A DNA stretch of 64,000 bases from positions 2,272,001 through 2,336,000 of the forward strand of contig CAXXVS010000003.1 in NCBI GenBank assembly GCA_963674755.2. The letters run 5' to 3'. The DNA is from Desulfobacterales bacterium. Its GTDB lineage: Bacteria; Desulfobacterota; Desulfobacteria; Desulfobacterales; UBA5852. Under the pieces are notes generated by a model. The model was given only the letters and a program-made list of their open reading frames with translations. It was not told the DNA's origin and did no database searches. Below, one piece after another: positions 32,388 to 43,888 of the stretch; the stretch's first letter is position 1, and every line of letters begins with the position of its first letter. The translations under genes and the position numbers were made by a program.

Positions 32388-33137
32388 ATGGATACATCTA
32401 AAGAGACCAAAGTCGCTATCGTTACAGGATCATCGCGCGGAATCGGTGCCGCCGTTGCTAAACGGCTGGCCGCTGATGGCATTGCCGTGCTGGTGAACTA
32501 TGCGGGCAATGCCGATGCCGCCAACGCCGTCGTAGAAGCGATCAAGGCCAAGGCGGGCCGGGCCACAGCAATCCAGGCCGATGTTTCCGTACCGGCACAG
32601 GTGTCCTCCCTGTTTGACCAGGCCATCACGCTATACGGTGGGGTCGATATTCTCGTCAATAATGCGGGCATCATGCAGCCGGGCCTCACTCCTCTGGCCG
32701 ATACGGATGATGCACTTTTCGATAAAATCGTGGCCGTCAATCTCAAAGGGACATTCAATACGCTTCGGATCGCCGCCGGAAAACTGCGCGACGGCGGGCG
32801 GATCGTCAATTTCTCCTCCAGTGTCCGTAAGCTCGCCATGCCGGGCTACACGGTTTATGCCGCCACCAAATCCGCGGTGGAGACGTTGACGAATATTTTC
32901 GCCAGGGAATTGCGCGGCCGAAACATAACGGTAAACGCAGTGGCACCCGGACCAACGGCAACCGATCTTTTTCTGAAAAACAAAACCAAGGAGCAGATCG
33001 AACACCTGGCTAAAATGCCGCCGCTGGAGCGGCTGGGGCAGCCCGGGGATATTGCCGATGCCGTGGCGTTTCTTGTGGGAGGGGATGCCCAATGGGTCAA
33101 CGGCCAGACACTCTATGTGAATGGCGGCATCGTTTAG
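32388..33137 (+). CDS. short-chain dehydrogenase/reductase
   Basis: TGSSRGIG, NNAG, YAATK, NAVAPG. Confidence 0.95.
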   Translation: MDTSKETKVAIVTGSSRGIGAAVAKRLAADGIAVLVNYAGNADAANAVVEAIKAKAGRATAIQADVSVPAQVSSLFDQAITLYGGVDILVNNAGIMQPGLTPLADTDDALFDKIVAVNLKGTFNTLRIAAGKLRDGGRIVNFSSSVRKLAMPGYTVYAATKSAVETLTNIFARELRGRNITVNAVAPGPTATDLFLKNKTKEQIEHLAKMPPLERLGQPGDIADAVAFLVGGDAQWVNGQTLYVNGGIV

Positions 33138-33388
33138 ATAAATCTAATGCCAATGAAAAATCAGACTGTAATGCATCCAAAGCGGGCAATATATTAAAAT
33201 TTCCTCTATTCGTTATGGGTTTATTGCGTTGAAATTTTGCGGACAAGCACGCCTATCGATCAAAGGGGATAGTGAATGTTCCAACAAGCGTTCCACGCCC
33301 TCGAACCGACGGAGAACCATTTCAAATCTAACAGCCAGGGAAAACAGGGGCGGCAGAAATTGCAAAGGCTGACGAACGATGAGTACCG

Positions 33389-33475
33389 TTGATATTCAAC
33401 CGTTTTCCTGCTAAGAACAACCATCCTCGCAAACAAGCCGGTTATCCCTCCATACCGCGCCAGCGGTTGGCGTTC
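33389..33475. repeat. ~88-bp direct repeat, copy B
   Basis: Matches 20857-20944. Confidence 0.9.
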
Positions 33476-33815
33476 TGCCGCATCGACCCCAATCGCTCCA
33501 AACGCGCTTTTCAGGAACTCATCCAGGACTGGCGCGGTATCCTGGTTAGTGACCGTTACGGTCTCTATCGCAACGGGGTTGACGGCCGGCAGGCCTGTCT
33601 GGCACACCTGATCCGCAAGGCGGTTGGATTGTCGGAAAGGCGAACGCTCAGCATCAAACTATTCGGGCAGACCATGACAGGCTTTTTGCGAAAATTGGTC
33701 AGCTTTGCCCATGCGCTACCATCGCCTGAAACTTGGAACGATTTCTATGTCCACCTGCACTTCACCTTAAAACTTTTTGAAGATGAAAAGGATGATGCCG
33801 GTAAATTGGCCCCGG
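33476..33815 (+). pseudogene. IS66-family transposase internal fragment
   Basis: GILVSDRYGLY and RQACLAHLIRK; no proper start or end. Confidence 0.8.
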
Positions 33816-33818
33816 GTA

Positions 33819-33913
33819 ACAAATCGGGTCAGACCAAGTCAACTGTTAGATATTCCATATGATTGTTCCCAGAATCACCTTTAAAAGACCCCTATAACGG
33901 CATTTTTAACCTC
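33819..33913 (-). repeat. 95-bp direct repeat, copy 1 (probable end of a RAYT/Y1-transposase element)
   Basis: Aligns without gaps to 34641-34735. Confidence 0.85.
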
Positions 33914-33914
33914 T

Positions 33915-34028
33915 GATTATGGAGCAAAAACTATTCAATTTGGTACAGGCATTGATGAAGCTGAAGCCAAATATGTTATAAAGGATATCGAAAAGAAACA
34001 CCCAAAGATTGTAGAGAAGTTTAATTGA
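33915..34028 (+). pseudogene. 3' remnant of a cassette gene
   Basis: Open frame DYGAKTIQFGTGIDEAEAKYVIKDIEKKHPKIVEKFN* ending just before an attC; 5' part replaced by the repeat. Confidence 0.6.
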
Positions 34029-34030
34029 GG

Positions 34031-34088
34031 ACCCAATCAGGGGCTGTTGCCGACTCGGTTCCCTCGCGGCAAAGTCCTGTCGTTACCC
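34031..34088 (+). other. integron attC site (58 bp, degenerate left box)
   Basis: ACCCAAT-CAGGGGCTGTTGCCG...CGGCAAAGTCCTG-TC-GTTACCC. Confidence 0.7.
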
Positions 34089-34110
34089 CACAAAGGAATG
34101 TGTATAATTT

Positions 34111-34524
34111 ATGGCAATAACATTTGATGAAATAGAAAATGCATTTATGTTTGCAAACACGGATGGGCCATACATGCATAGCGTCTACCTTTGCAAAGAA
34201 ACCGGGCGAACGTTTTATACTTCTGAAATGGGTGATTCAGACGAACTGCCGGATGATATTGACGAGTCAAAGTATATTTCCATCCCTTATAGAAATGATC
34301 TTGACCTTGGAAAAAATCTTGTGATTGAATTTGTTTCGGAATTTTTACCAGAAGAGCTTGACAGGGTTTACTCAATTTTCCGACATCAAGGGGCATATTC
34401 AAGATATAAAGAGCTTTTATCTGAGAGAGGGTTGCTTGATAAATGGTACAAATTTGAAGACGAACGGCAAAAGGCAGCACTTAAAAATTGGTGCGCTGAA
34501 AATGGCATTGAAATTGAAGGGTAA
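34111..34524 (+). CDS. UPF0158-like protein, gene cassette
   Basis: YLCKETG, ELPDDI, GAYSRYK.LL...GLLDKWY, WCAENGIE; bracketed by GTTACCC and GGGTAAC. Confidence 0.8.
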   Translation: MAITFDEIENAFMFANTDGPYMHSVYLCKETGRTFYTSEMGDSDELPDDIDESKYISIPYRNDLDLGKNLVIEFVSEFLPEELDRVYSIFRHQGAYSRYKELLSERGLLDKWYKFEDERQKAALKNWCAENGIEIEG

Positions 34525-34635
34525 CCATCGTCTGCACAGGACCGCAAAAGGCGGACGGCCTTGGCTAAAGCGTCTTCATCATTAAACGCACTTTGCCCAT
34601 AGTCCGCATTCCTTTTGCGGCATGTGAGGCCAAAC
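34519..34635 (+). other. long attC site truncated at its right (GTT) box
   Basis: GGGTAAC overlapping the stop, then CACAGGACCGCAAAAGG...CCTTTTGCGGCATGTG inverted repeat; ends CCAAAC with no GTT. Confidence 0.75.
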
Positions 34636-34640
34636 AAATC

Positions 34641-34735
34641 ACAAATCGGGTCGGACCAAGTCAACTATTAGATATTCCATCTGATTGTTCCCAAAACCAC
34701 CTTTAAAAGCCCCCTATAACGGCATTTTTAACCTC
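34641..34735 (-). repeat. 95-bp direct repeat, copy 2
   Basis: Matches 33819-33913. Confidence 0.85.
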
Positions 34736-34819
34736 AAAATCAGGGTTATGGGACCCCCCATCAATGGCACGCGCTCATCGGCATTTTATCCCAGGGCAGG
34801 CATGGCATTTAACGCATCG

Positions 34820-34960
34820 ATGCCATATGACGATTTCCCCCAATTCCAGGCAGCTCACCGAGAATGGGTGGAAACCGCGCTGACAGACAAAGGAAGGCAG
34901 AGAGAAACGCGTTGGTCGGAAAGCATTGCCGTCGGCAGCCGGGATTATATCACGAGGGTT
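34820..34960 (+). pseudogene. C-terminal fragment of a REP-associated tyrosine transposase-like protein
   Basis: AHREWVETAL...RETRWSESIAVGSRDY resembles RAYT C-termini (recognised from memory). Confidence 0.55.
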
Positions 34961-35185
34961 GACCGCTCCCCGGCGATAGCGAACTGCGTGAAATGAACGT
35001 CGCGGATACTCCGGCCATGGCCGCGTTTTATAACCATTCTTAAACCGGGCGCCCTTTAATGGGCGGCCTGTCTGAAGTCATGCCAAAAGGGGCATGGACG
35101 GCATCATACCGGCTTCGCCTTCTTGTTTGGAAACCGTCTGGGCAAGACCTTCTGTGCTTCTGAACCTTCAAAGACATACCCATTG

Positions 35186-35520
35186 CATGTCGTCCTCCAA
35201 TTTCAAATGGCCCATGCCGGTGTTCGTTTCATGCCGGTAGGCGCCGAGAAAAGGTGCTCTTGTGCCTGCCCTCGACGCATAAACCGTCCGATCAGGGCGG
35301 AGATTTCGGGACTGCGAACAATCTGGCGATGGCCCAGCGATTCGGATCGATAGGCTTGGAGCCCGGGGCAGGCCTTGATGATGGCTTCGGGGTTAAAACA
35401 ACCGGACCGCTTTCCGTGCCGAACTCTGTGGGAAAATGGCACCCAAGAGTTGATTTTTTATCTGAAACAGCATGCGTTTTGTGCTCATGGATCCCACCTC
35501 TTTTTTTTCGGGGTATTCGA
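35186..35520 (-). repeat. ~335-bp direct repeat, left copy (decayed 5' end of a gene)
   Basis: Aligns with 63423-63758; minus strand reads MSTKRMLFQIKNQLLGAIFPQSSARKAVRLF* after an RBS. Confidence 0.92.
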
Positions 35521-36266
35521 GGGTAATTAAACGGGCCTATAACTAAAAAAATGGCTGAATGTTCTGATTACCTGTCAATCAAGCGTTTGCAATAGCGTAC
35601 ATTCCCAGGAAATTATATTCAACATGCAGTATTTACACACAATATAGATTTAAGGCTTTCAATTGGTATAGGGCCGAAATTTAATAAAGAAGTAAAATGG
35701 AAATTGGGGCAATATGCAAAAATTATTGTTTATTATGATCATTGGCACGATATCTGTATTAAGCTAAAATTAGTTATCAAAGTTTGAGATCAAAATATGT
35801 TCATAGCAGTATATTTAAAATCCAAAAATATTTTGCGGATAAACTACGATATAGACAAAATTTATAAAGGCTACTATTTTATATTAATGTTGTTTTCGAA
35901 ATAAAATTAACAGGATTGTAATGATAAATAATAGCTTGGCATGTCAAATGATATTAGATTATTGCATGAATGGATTAATTGTTACGGATAGTAATGGGAT
36001 TATTAAGTTGATAAATTTAAAAGCGAAAGTCTCTATGGTATAGAATAATTAAGTTATATTGGAAACTATATAGTAGATTATTTTCCGTAAATTGGCTTAT
36101 TGATAATAGATAGTTTGTCTAAAAGTAAATCGAAAATAGGAATAGTTATTTCAGAAAATAATATTTATATGATAGTAAATATAGATGTTCCTTTCTATAA
36201 AGGAACAATGATAAGGACGCTATGTAGTTTGCAAAAAAGAGATGAATACGAAAAAGTAGCAAAAGA

Positions 36267-37667
36267 ATGGAGCTCTGCCGAAATATGAACAACCAATTCG
36301 ATGACATATTTAGCGCTTCTTCTGATGGAATATGGGTATGTGATGCATCAGGAAAAGTAATAAACGTAAACAGCGCATCTATACGTTTGAATGGCATAGA
36401 AGATTTTGATGTAATAGGTAAAAACATTCATGAACTTTTAAAAGTCGGATTGTTTAATAAATCTGTAACACTTAAAGTTTTTGAGACTAAACAAAAGGTC
36501 AGCGTTATGCAATATATAACTAAAACAGATAAACATTTATTGTGCACAGGAACACCAGTATTTGATGAAGATAGACGTATATCTTTAGTTGTTGTCAACG
36601 AAAGAGATATGACCGAACTTAATAGTGTTCGTGAACAACTTGAAAAAAGTAAAATGATAACAAAAAAAATGAAGGATGAACTTACTGAATTAAACCTTTT
36701 AGAAATAAACAAACAAAAAATAGTTGCTGAAAGCCAAGAGATGCAACAGGTTTTAAGATGTGCATTAAAAATAGCACGACTGGATGTATCCAATATTTTA
36801 ATTTTAGGAGAATCTGGTGTCGGGAAGGGATTGATATCTAAATTTATTCATAAAAACAGCAAGCGTCATAAAAAGCCATTCGTTCAAATAAATTGTGCTG
36901 CATTGCCTGAATCGCTTCTTGAGGCTGAACTGTTCGGCTATGAAGGTGGTGCTTTTACAGGTGCTTGTGAGTACGGTAAGGCAGGGCTCATCGAATTGGC
37001 TAATAAAGGGACTATATTCTTAGACGAAATAGGCGATATGCCTTTATCCCTGCAAGCAAAGTTGCTAAAATATTTGGATGATAATGAGATAATGAGGTTG
37101 GGCGGAACATCATTAAAAAAAATTAACTGTACCATAATAACAGCTACAAATAAAGATCTAAAAGAGGAAGTAAAAAAACAACGTTTTCGTTACGATCTTT
37201 ATTACAGACTTAACACTTTCACGCTTGCTATACCTTCGTTAAGGAAACGACCTGAAGATATTTTGGAATTAGTAAATAGTTATATGAAAAATTATAACAA
37301 AATGTATAAAGTTAACAAAAAAATTTTTGCAAGAGGACTAGAAGTGATACAAAATTATTCGTTTCCGGGTAATGTGAGAGAGTTGAAAGGATTGATTAAA
37401 AAGGCAGTTGTTATGTGTGATGAAGAGTATATAGATAATTTTATTAGAGAAAGTATTATGATGGCTCATGAACCTTCATTTAATTCTATTGAGAAGTATC
37501 ATCCAAAACCTTCTTTAAAAGATCAACTTGAAAATTTAGAAAAGGATATATTAAGTGGTTTTGTAAAACATGGTCGAACAACACGAGATATTGCTTCTGA
37601 GCTAAAAATTAGCCAAACTTCTGTTGTCCGTAAATTAAAAAAATATGGATTTTCAGGTTCTCGTTGA
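36267..37667 (+). CDS. sigma-54-dependent activator (PAS-AAA+-HTH)
   Basis: PAS (SSDGIWVCD), GESGVGK, ELFGY, GAFTGA, FLDEIGD, FPGNVREL, HTH SQTSVVRKLKKY; true start may be 36285. Confidence 0.93.
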   Translation: MELCRNMNNQFDDIFSASSDGIWVCDASGKVINVNSASIRLNGIEDFDVIGKNIHELLKVGLFNKSVTLKVFETKQKVSVMQYITKTDKHLLCTGTPVFDEDRRISLVVVNERDMTELNSVREQLEKSKMITKKMKDELTELNLLEINKQKIVAESQEMQQVLRCALKIARLDVSNILILGESGVGKGLISKFIHKNSKRHKKPFVQINCAALPESLLEAELFGYEGGAFTGACEYGKAGLIELANKGTIFLDEIGDMPLSLQAKLLKYLDDNEIMRLGGTSLKKINCTIITATNKDLKEEVKKQRFRYDLYYRLNTFTLAIPSLRKRPEDILELVNSYMKNYNKMYKVNKKIFARGLEVIQNYSFPGNVRELKGLIKKAVVMCDEEYIDNFIRESIMMAHEPSFNSIEKYHPKPSLKDQLENLEKDILSGFVKHGRTTRDIASELKISQTSVVRKLKKYGFSGSR

Positions 37668-37803
37668 TTCGAAAAAGGTTCAAAAGTCAGTAAACTTAAT
37701 AATAATGGTAGGTTAAATACGAACCGAAAAAGAATCAGTAAAAATTTCTGTAATATAAAGCAATTATTTGAAAATTAGCAATAAGCTGATTCAAAAATGG
37801 TTC
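37665..37803. promoter_or_regulatory. three putative enhancer (UAS) sites TGATTC-N6-GGTTC
   Basis: 37665-37681 (+), 37721-37737 (-), 37787-37803 (+). Confidence 0.7.
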
Positions 37804-37865
37804 GAATATTATACAGCTATATGGCTATGATATTAAGAACACTGTGTTTATTGATAAAATTTATT

Positions 37866-37882
37866 TAGGCATACAATTTGCT
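37866..37882 (+). promoter_or_regulatory. sigma-54 -24/-12 promoter of the gabT operon
   Basis: TAGGCATACAATTTGCT, GG-N10-GC. Confidence 0.75.
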
Positions 37883-37943
37883 TTAGTAACTTTAACATGC
37901 GTTAGTGCCTTTATTCTGTAACTTTTTGAAAAAGGAATTATAT

Positions 37944-39254
37944 ATGAACATTTCAGAAAAAACTATGAAATTAAAAAAACAGCGTGAAAAGGTAATGGCA
38001 AAAGGTATCATAAGTTCTTATCCAACATATATCCAAGAGGCCAAAGGTTCGAAAGTTTGGGACGTAGAAGGGAAAGAATATTTGGATTTTGCGGGTGGTA
38101 TTGCTGTAATGAATGTTGGCCATTCTCACCCTAAAGTTATATCTGCAATAAAAAAACAGGCCGAAAAATTTACCCACACTTGTTTTATGGTAGTTCCCTA
38201 TGAGTCGGCTGTAATCCTGTCCGAAAAGCTTTGCTCTGTAATTCCAGGAAATTCAGAAAAGGCAGCAATGTTTGTGAACAGCGGTGCTGAGGCCGTTGAA
38301 AATGCTATCAAAATAGCGCGATATTATACCAAAAGACAAGCTGTTATTGCATTTGACGGCGCATTTCATGGACGTACTCTTTTAGCAATGTCACTTACTA
38401 GTAAAGTAAAACCCTATAAATTGGGCTTTGGTCCGTTTGCACCTGAAGTCTATCGCATGCCTTATGCCTATTGTTATCGCTGTCCTTTCAACCTTGAATA
38501 TCCAAAATGTGGTGTATATTGTGCCGATTATCTTGAAAAATTTTTGAAAAGTAATGTTGATGGGGAATCCGTTGCGGCATTGATAGTTGAGCCTGTTCAA
38601 GGAGAAGGTGGATTTATTGTTCCACCTCCTGAGTATTTCCCCAAATTAAAAAAAATATGCGAAAATAATGGGATACTGTTTATAGCTGACGAAATCCAAT
38701 CCGGTATGGGAAGAACGGGCGAATTATTTGGCATTTCCCATTGGAATATAGAAGCCGACCTTACTACTGTTGCTAAAAGCCTAGCTGCTGGTTTGCCTTT
38801 ATCTGCAGTTGTCGGAAAGAAAGAGATTATGGACTCTGTTCACCCAGGCGGTATTGGTGGAACATATGGAGGAAATCCTATCGCGTGTGCTTCCGCATTA
38901 GCGGTTTTCGATATCATTGAAACAGAAAATCTAATTGATAGAGCAAAGGAGCTTGGTAAAACACTGCAAGAACGATTCGATGAACTAAAAGAAGAGTTTG
39001 AGATTATAGGAGATGCTCGCGGTATCGGTGCCATGACGGCATTAGAGCTGGTTAAAGACAGGTCGACAAAAACCCCTGCAGTGGAAGAAGCCAAGTCGCT
39101 CGTAAAATATTGCTATGATATGGGTTTAATTATTCTTTCATGTGGAATTTACGGAAATGTTATACGTTTTCTTATGCCTTTAAATATACCTAAAGGTGAG
39201 CTCGAAAAAGGATTAGGGATTTTGCATGACGGACTACAATATATATCCAATTAG
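37944..39254 (+). CDS. gabT: 4-aminobutyrate/5-aminovalerate--2-oxoglutarate transaminase (class III)
   Basis: DFAGGIAV, HTCF, NSGAEAVENA, FHGRT, EPVQGEGG, DEIQSG, AKSLA, GGTYGGNP. Confidence 0.92.
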   Translation: MNISEKTMKLKKQREKVMAKGIISSYPTYIQEAKGSKVWDVEGKEYLDFAGGIAVMNVGHSHPKVISAIKKQAEKFTHTCFMVVPYESAVILSEKLCSVIPGNSEKAAMFVNSGAEAVENAIKIARYYTKRQAVIAFDGAFHGRTLLAMSLTSKVKPYKLGFGPFAPEVYRMPYAYCYRCPFNLEYPKCGVYCADYLEKFLKSNVDGESVAALIVEPVQGEGGFIVPPPEYFPKLKKICENNGILFIADEIQSGMGRTGELFGISHWNIEADLTTVAKSLAAGLPLSAVVGKKEIMDSVHPGGIGGTYGGNPIACASALAVFDIIETENLIDRAKELGKTLQERFDELKEEFEIIGDARGIGAMTALELVKDRSTKTPAVEEAKSLVKYCYDMGLIILSCGIYGNVIRFLMPLNIPKGELEKGLGILHDGLQYISN

Positions 39255-39309
39255 GATGTTAATGCCTATATAAGATAGGAAAAGGCCTGATACAAATTTT
39301 ACCACTTAG

Positions 39310-40668
<1,359 letters not shown>

Positions 40669-40767
40669 TCTATTATAAGAAATTACACCGTGGACACCAA
40701 AGTGATGCTTAATTCTAAGGTATGCACAACAAAAGATTGAACACTAAGCGTTTTAGGTGCTGAATAA

Positions 40768-41115
<348 letters not shown>

Positions 41116-41393
41116 TAATGATAGGCGTGAAAGGATTGTGGCTACTTTCTCACTATCCATGATTTTTTTGGCTAAACATAGTCATCCGTATGGAGTTGGC
41201 GATCACAACTATATAGCGTGGCTTTATGACGCATTCCCGCTTGCTGATGACTCATATGCTATTTTAGCGCAAGAGATCCGAAAACATGGTGTTGGCTGTA
41301 TTTATAGAAGCAATTTCGAAATTGACCATATTTTTTGGTCGTATTTAACTTTTAAGCGCATCCGCGCGCACCAAATAACCATAAAAGACCGAA

Positions 41394-41486
41394 AATAGGG
41401 CAAAAAAGCCGAAAATAGATAACATACTGTAATAAAAGCAGATATAAAAATTTAACGATGGAAATAGGGCAAAAAAGCCCTATTTC
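41394..41486. promoter_or_regulatory. putative activator-binding palindromes
   Basis: Perfect GAAATAGGGC-N6-GCCCTATTTC at 41461-41486 and a degenerate copy from 41394. Confidence 0.6.
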
Positions 41487-41589
41487 TATTTGGCGGCATG
41501 CGAAAATGACCCAATACAGGTCTTAAATGGAAAACTAAAAAAATAAATATTTTTTATCTCTGAGGTTAACTTATTAAAATAATATTAAT

Positions 41590-42151
41590 GTCCCCCTCGG
41601 GGAATGGGAGAAAATCCCTCGCCTTTAGGCGAAGACTTTAGTAGGCTTGCGATATTATGAAGAATTACCGCAAGACCTCGCATTCGGTTTATGACATCAA
41701 GTATCATTTGGTATGGATCACGAAATATCGCAAGCCGATGCTCAGTGAAGGAGTGGGGACGCGGTTGCGGGAGCTGATCCGTGAGATCTGCAAGGCGATG
41801 GATATAGAGATCATCAAGGGGCATGTTTCCAAGGACCACGTCCATCTGTTTGTTTCCGTACCGCCGTATCATTCGGTAAGCCAGGTGATGAAACGCATCA
41901 AAGGAAAAACGTCAAGGCGGTTGTTAAGCGAAAGCCGTATTTTAGCCAGACAATGTTGGGGTCGTCATCTGTGGGCTCGCGGCTATTTTGCAGCATCATC
42001 GGGTAATGTCACCGATGAGGTCATAGCTGACTATATCGAAAAGCAAACCCACACTGAGCGAGCCCGCGATGACGACTTCACCGTGGACTCGTGAGTCGAC
42101 TTCAGTCGACCACGTTTGAAGCCACCGCCTTTAGGCGGTCGGAGCCTTCAC
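41590..42151 (+). mobile_element. IS200/IS605-family element (tnpA only)
   Basis: Subterminal hairpins TCGCCTTTAGGCGA (41619) and ACCGCCTTTAGGCGGT (42124); right end TCAC; preceded by TTAAT. Confidence 0.85.
41657..42094 (+). CDS. tnpA: IS200-type Y1 HUH transposase
   Basis: YHLVWITKYR, DHVHL, KGKTSR, LWARGYF, YIEKQ. Confidence 0.95.
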   Translation: MKNYRKTSHSVYDIKYHLVWITKYRKPMLSEGVGTRLRELIREICKAMDIEIIKGHVSKDHVHLFVSVPPYHSVSQVMKRIKGKTSRRLLSESRILARQCWGRHLWARGYFAASSGNVTDEVIADYIEKQTHTERARDDDFTVDS

Positions 42152-42203
42152 TTTAAATTTGAAAATCCCTTAAATTTAAACCTCCTTCCAAGAGAAAATC
42201 CTT

Positions 42204-42220
42204 TCGGCACCATTCATGCA
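42204..42220 (+). promoter_or_regulatory. sigma-54 -24/-12 promoter of the 42370 operon
   Basis: TCGGCACCATTCATGCA, GG-N10-GC. Confidence 0.65.
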
Positions 42221-42369
42221 GTACTGCTACCTGTCCAACCTCGAGCCATCAGAAGATTAAAATAAGTATTCAGCAGAACCAATAAGATCAAAATGTACAG
42301 ATTAAATGAATTGATGCCTTTGAAATCCAGGTTAAGGTTTTCGTAACGGACAACATTAAGGAGGTAAAA

Positions 42370-43875
42370 ATGGGAGGTTTATCTGAAAAAGCTATTTCTA
42401 GATTGGAATCTGCATTGGGAAAGGAAAATGTTTTCTTAGATATGTCACATAGAGCTGTAAGGGCAGCAGTCCCCGCTCCTTTTCCTATTTGCCATTGGGA
42501 AGATCATATTCCGGATATTGTGGCGTTGCCGAAAACAACTGATGAAGTAGTTGAAATCATGAAGGTGGCAAATGAGTTCAAGATTCCAGTGGTACCTCGG
42601 GCGGGGGCTACAGGCCTGGCCGATGGAGCCGTGCCTCTTAGAAAAGGCATTCTTCTCGATATAAAACGTATGAATGAAATCATAGAGATCGATGATGTTA
42701 ATATGACGGCAACAGTTCAACCTGGCCTTGGAATGTTGGAACTCAATAAAACACTCACGCGTCTGGGGCTATTTTACCCAGACGATCCTGCCTCTTATCC
42801 GGTCGCTATTATTGGTGGAAGAATAGGCTCGGGGGGCTTTAGTCTTATGGGTTCAGGGTTCGGCCACGTACCCGACTTGGTAATGAGCATGGAAGTGGTT
42901 TTGCCTACTGGGAAAGTAATACGGGTAGGCGGAGGCGGCGGTAAAAAAATTCGAAAGTCGTCTGTGGGTTATCGGTTGAAAGATCTTTTCATCGGCCATC
43001 AAGGAACCTTGGGAATTACAACTGAAGCCACTTTGGATATCTGTAAAAAGCCCGAGGCAGAGTGCCCAGCATTTTTCGGAACAGGAAGTTTCGAAGAATC
43101 TCATGAACTTGCCCTGGCAATCGAAATGCTTGGCCTAAAAACTCTTACGGCCGTGGTTATTTTTGACCCAGAAAAAATTAATTTTCTAAGAAGAGATGAC
43201 GAGGCGTATATCCCTCAGCCTAAAGAGGTGGTATCAGTCGTATTAGCGCTTTTGTATGGTTCAGAGGGAGAAGTTAAGGCTGCACGAGAGAAAATATTTG
43301 AAACAGCTGTAGATCGATACAAGGCTAAATATTTGGGGGATGAAATTGCCAAGGGCGATTGGGCATCGCGGCACGATAGATACCATATTACCTACCATGG
43401 ACGTAATGCCGCTGGAAAAGTTTCAATGATGACGTGGCATTGCGAGGATGCGGCCATCATTCACAGTGAGCTTCCGTTTGTTCGTAGGAAATGGCATGAA
43501 ATTGTCAGTCGGTATAAAACCCAATATGACGGTTTTTTTGATGACTGGGGCATGTTTATGTACACAAATAACCCTTTTAAACCTTGGGGTGATTATCTGA
43601 CTGAAATCGATGTCGGTGTGGCAGAGTTGGACATGACGCCGGAGATTTGGAAGGCCTTTATTAAAATGAAATCAGAAATCGCTGAGGTTGCTCTGCAGGC
43701 TGGTGGAAGCATTTCAGCTTGCCATGGTGGGACCCGACAAGGCGATGTTGAACTTTGCTGTCACAAAGAATTGGCAGAGGGCTCATTCGATTTAATGAAA
43801 GATCTTAAAAAGCTGCTTGATCCAAACAATATTATGAATCCGGGCAAATACTTACTTGACGAAGCATACAAGTAG
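42370..43875 (+). CDS. FAD-binding oxidoreductase, GlcD/D-lactate dehydrogenase (VAO/PCMH) family
   Basis: PVVPRAGATG, FYPDDPAS, GTLGITTEATL, DPNNIMNPGK. Confidence 0.88.
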   Translation: MGGLSEKAISRLESALGKENVFLDMSHRAVRAAVPAPFPICHWEDHIPDIVALPKTTDEVVEIMKVANEFKIPVVPRAGATGLADGAVPLRKGILLDIKRMNEIIEIDDVNMTATVQPGLGMLELNKTLTRLGLFYPDDPASYPVAIIGGRIGSGGFSLMGSGFGHVPDLVMSMEVVLPTGKVIRVGGGGGKKIRKSSVGYRLKDLFIGHQGTLGITTEATLDICKKPEAECPAFFGTGSFEESHELALAIEMLGLKTLTAVVIFDPEKINFLRRDDEAYIPQPKEVVSVVLALLYGSEGEVKAAREKIFETAVDRYKAKYLGDEIAKGDWASRHDRYHITYHGRNAAGKVSMMTWHCEDAAIIHSELPFVRRKWHEIVSRYKTQYDGFFDDWGMFMYTNNPFKPWGDYLTEIDVGVAELDMTPEIWKAFIKMKSEIAEVALQAGGSISACHGGTRQGDVELCCHKELAEGSFDLMKDLKKLLDPNNIMNPGKYLLDEAYK

Positions 43876-43888
43876 AAAGGAGATTGGT

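Noticed and set aside
35743..35758. Sigma-54-like TGGCACG site
   Set aside because: The -12 position reads GT rather than GC; may be a decayed promoter but is not supportable
41590..42151. TnpB/omega-RNA system
   Set aside because: The element ends ~57 bp after tnpA; no tnpB
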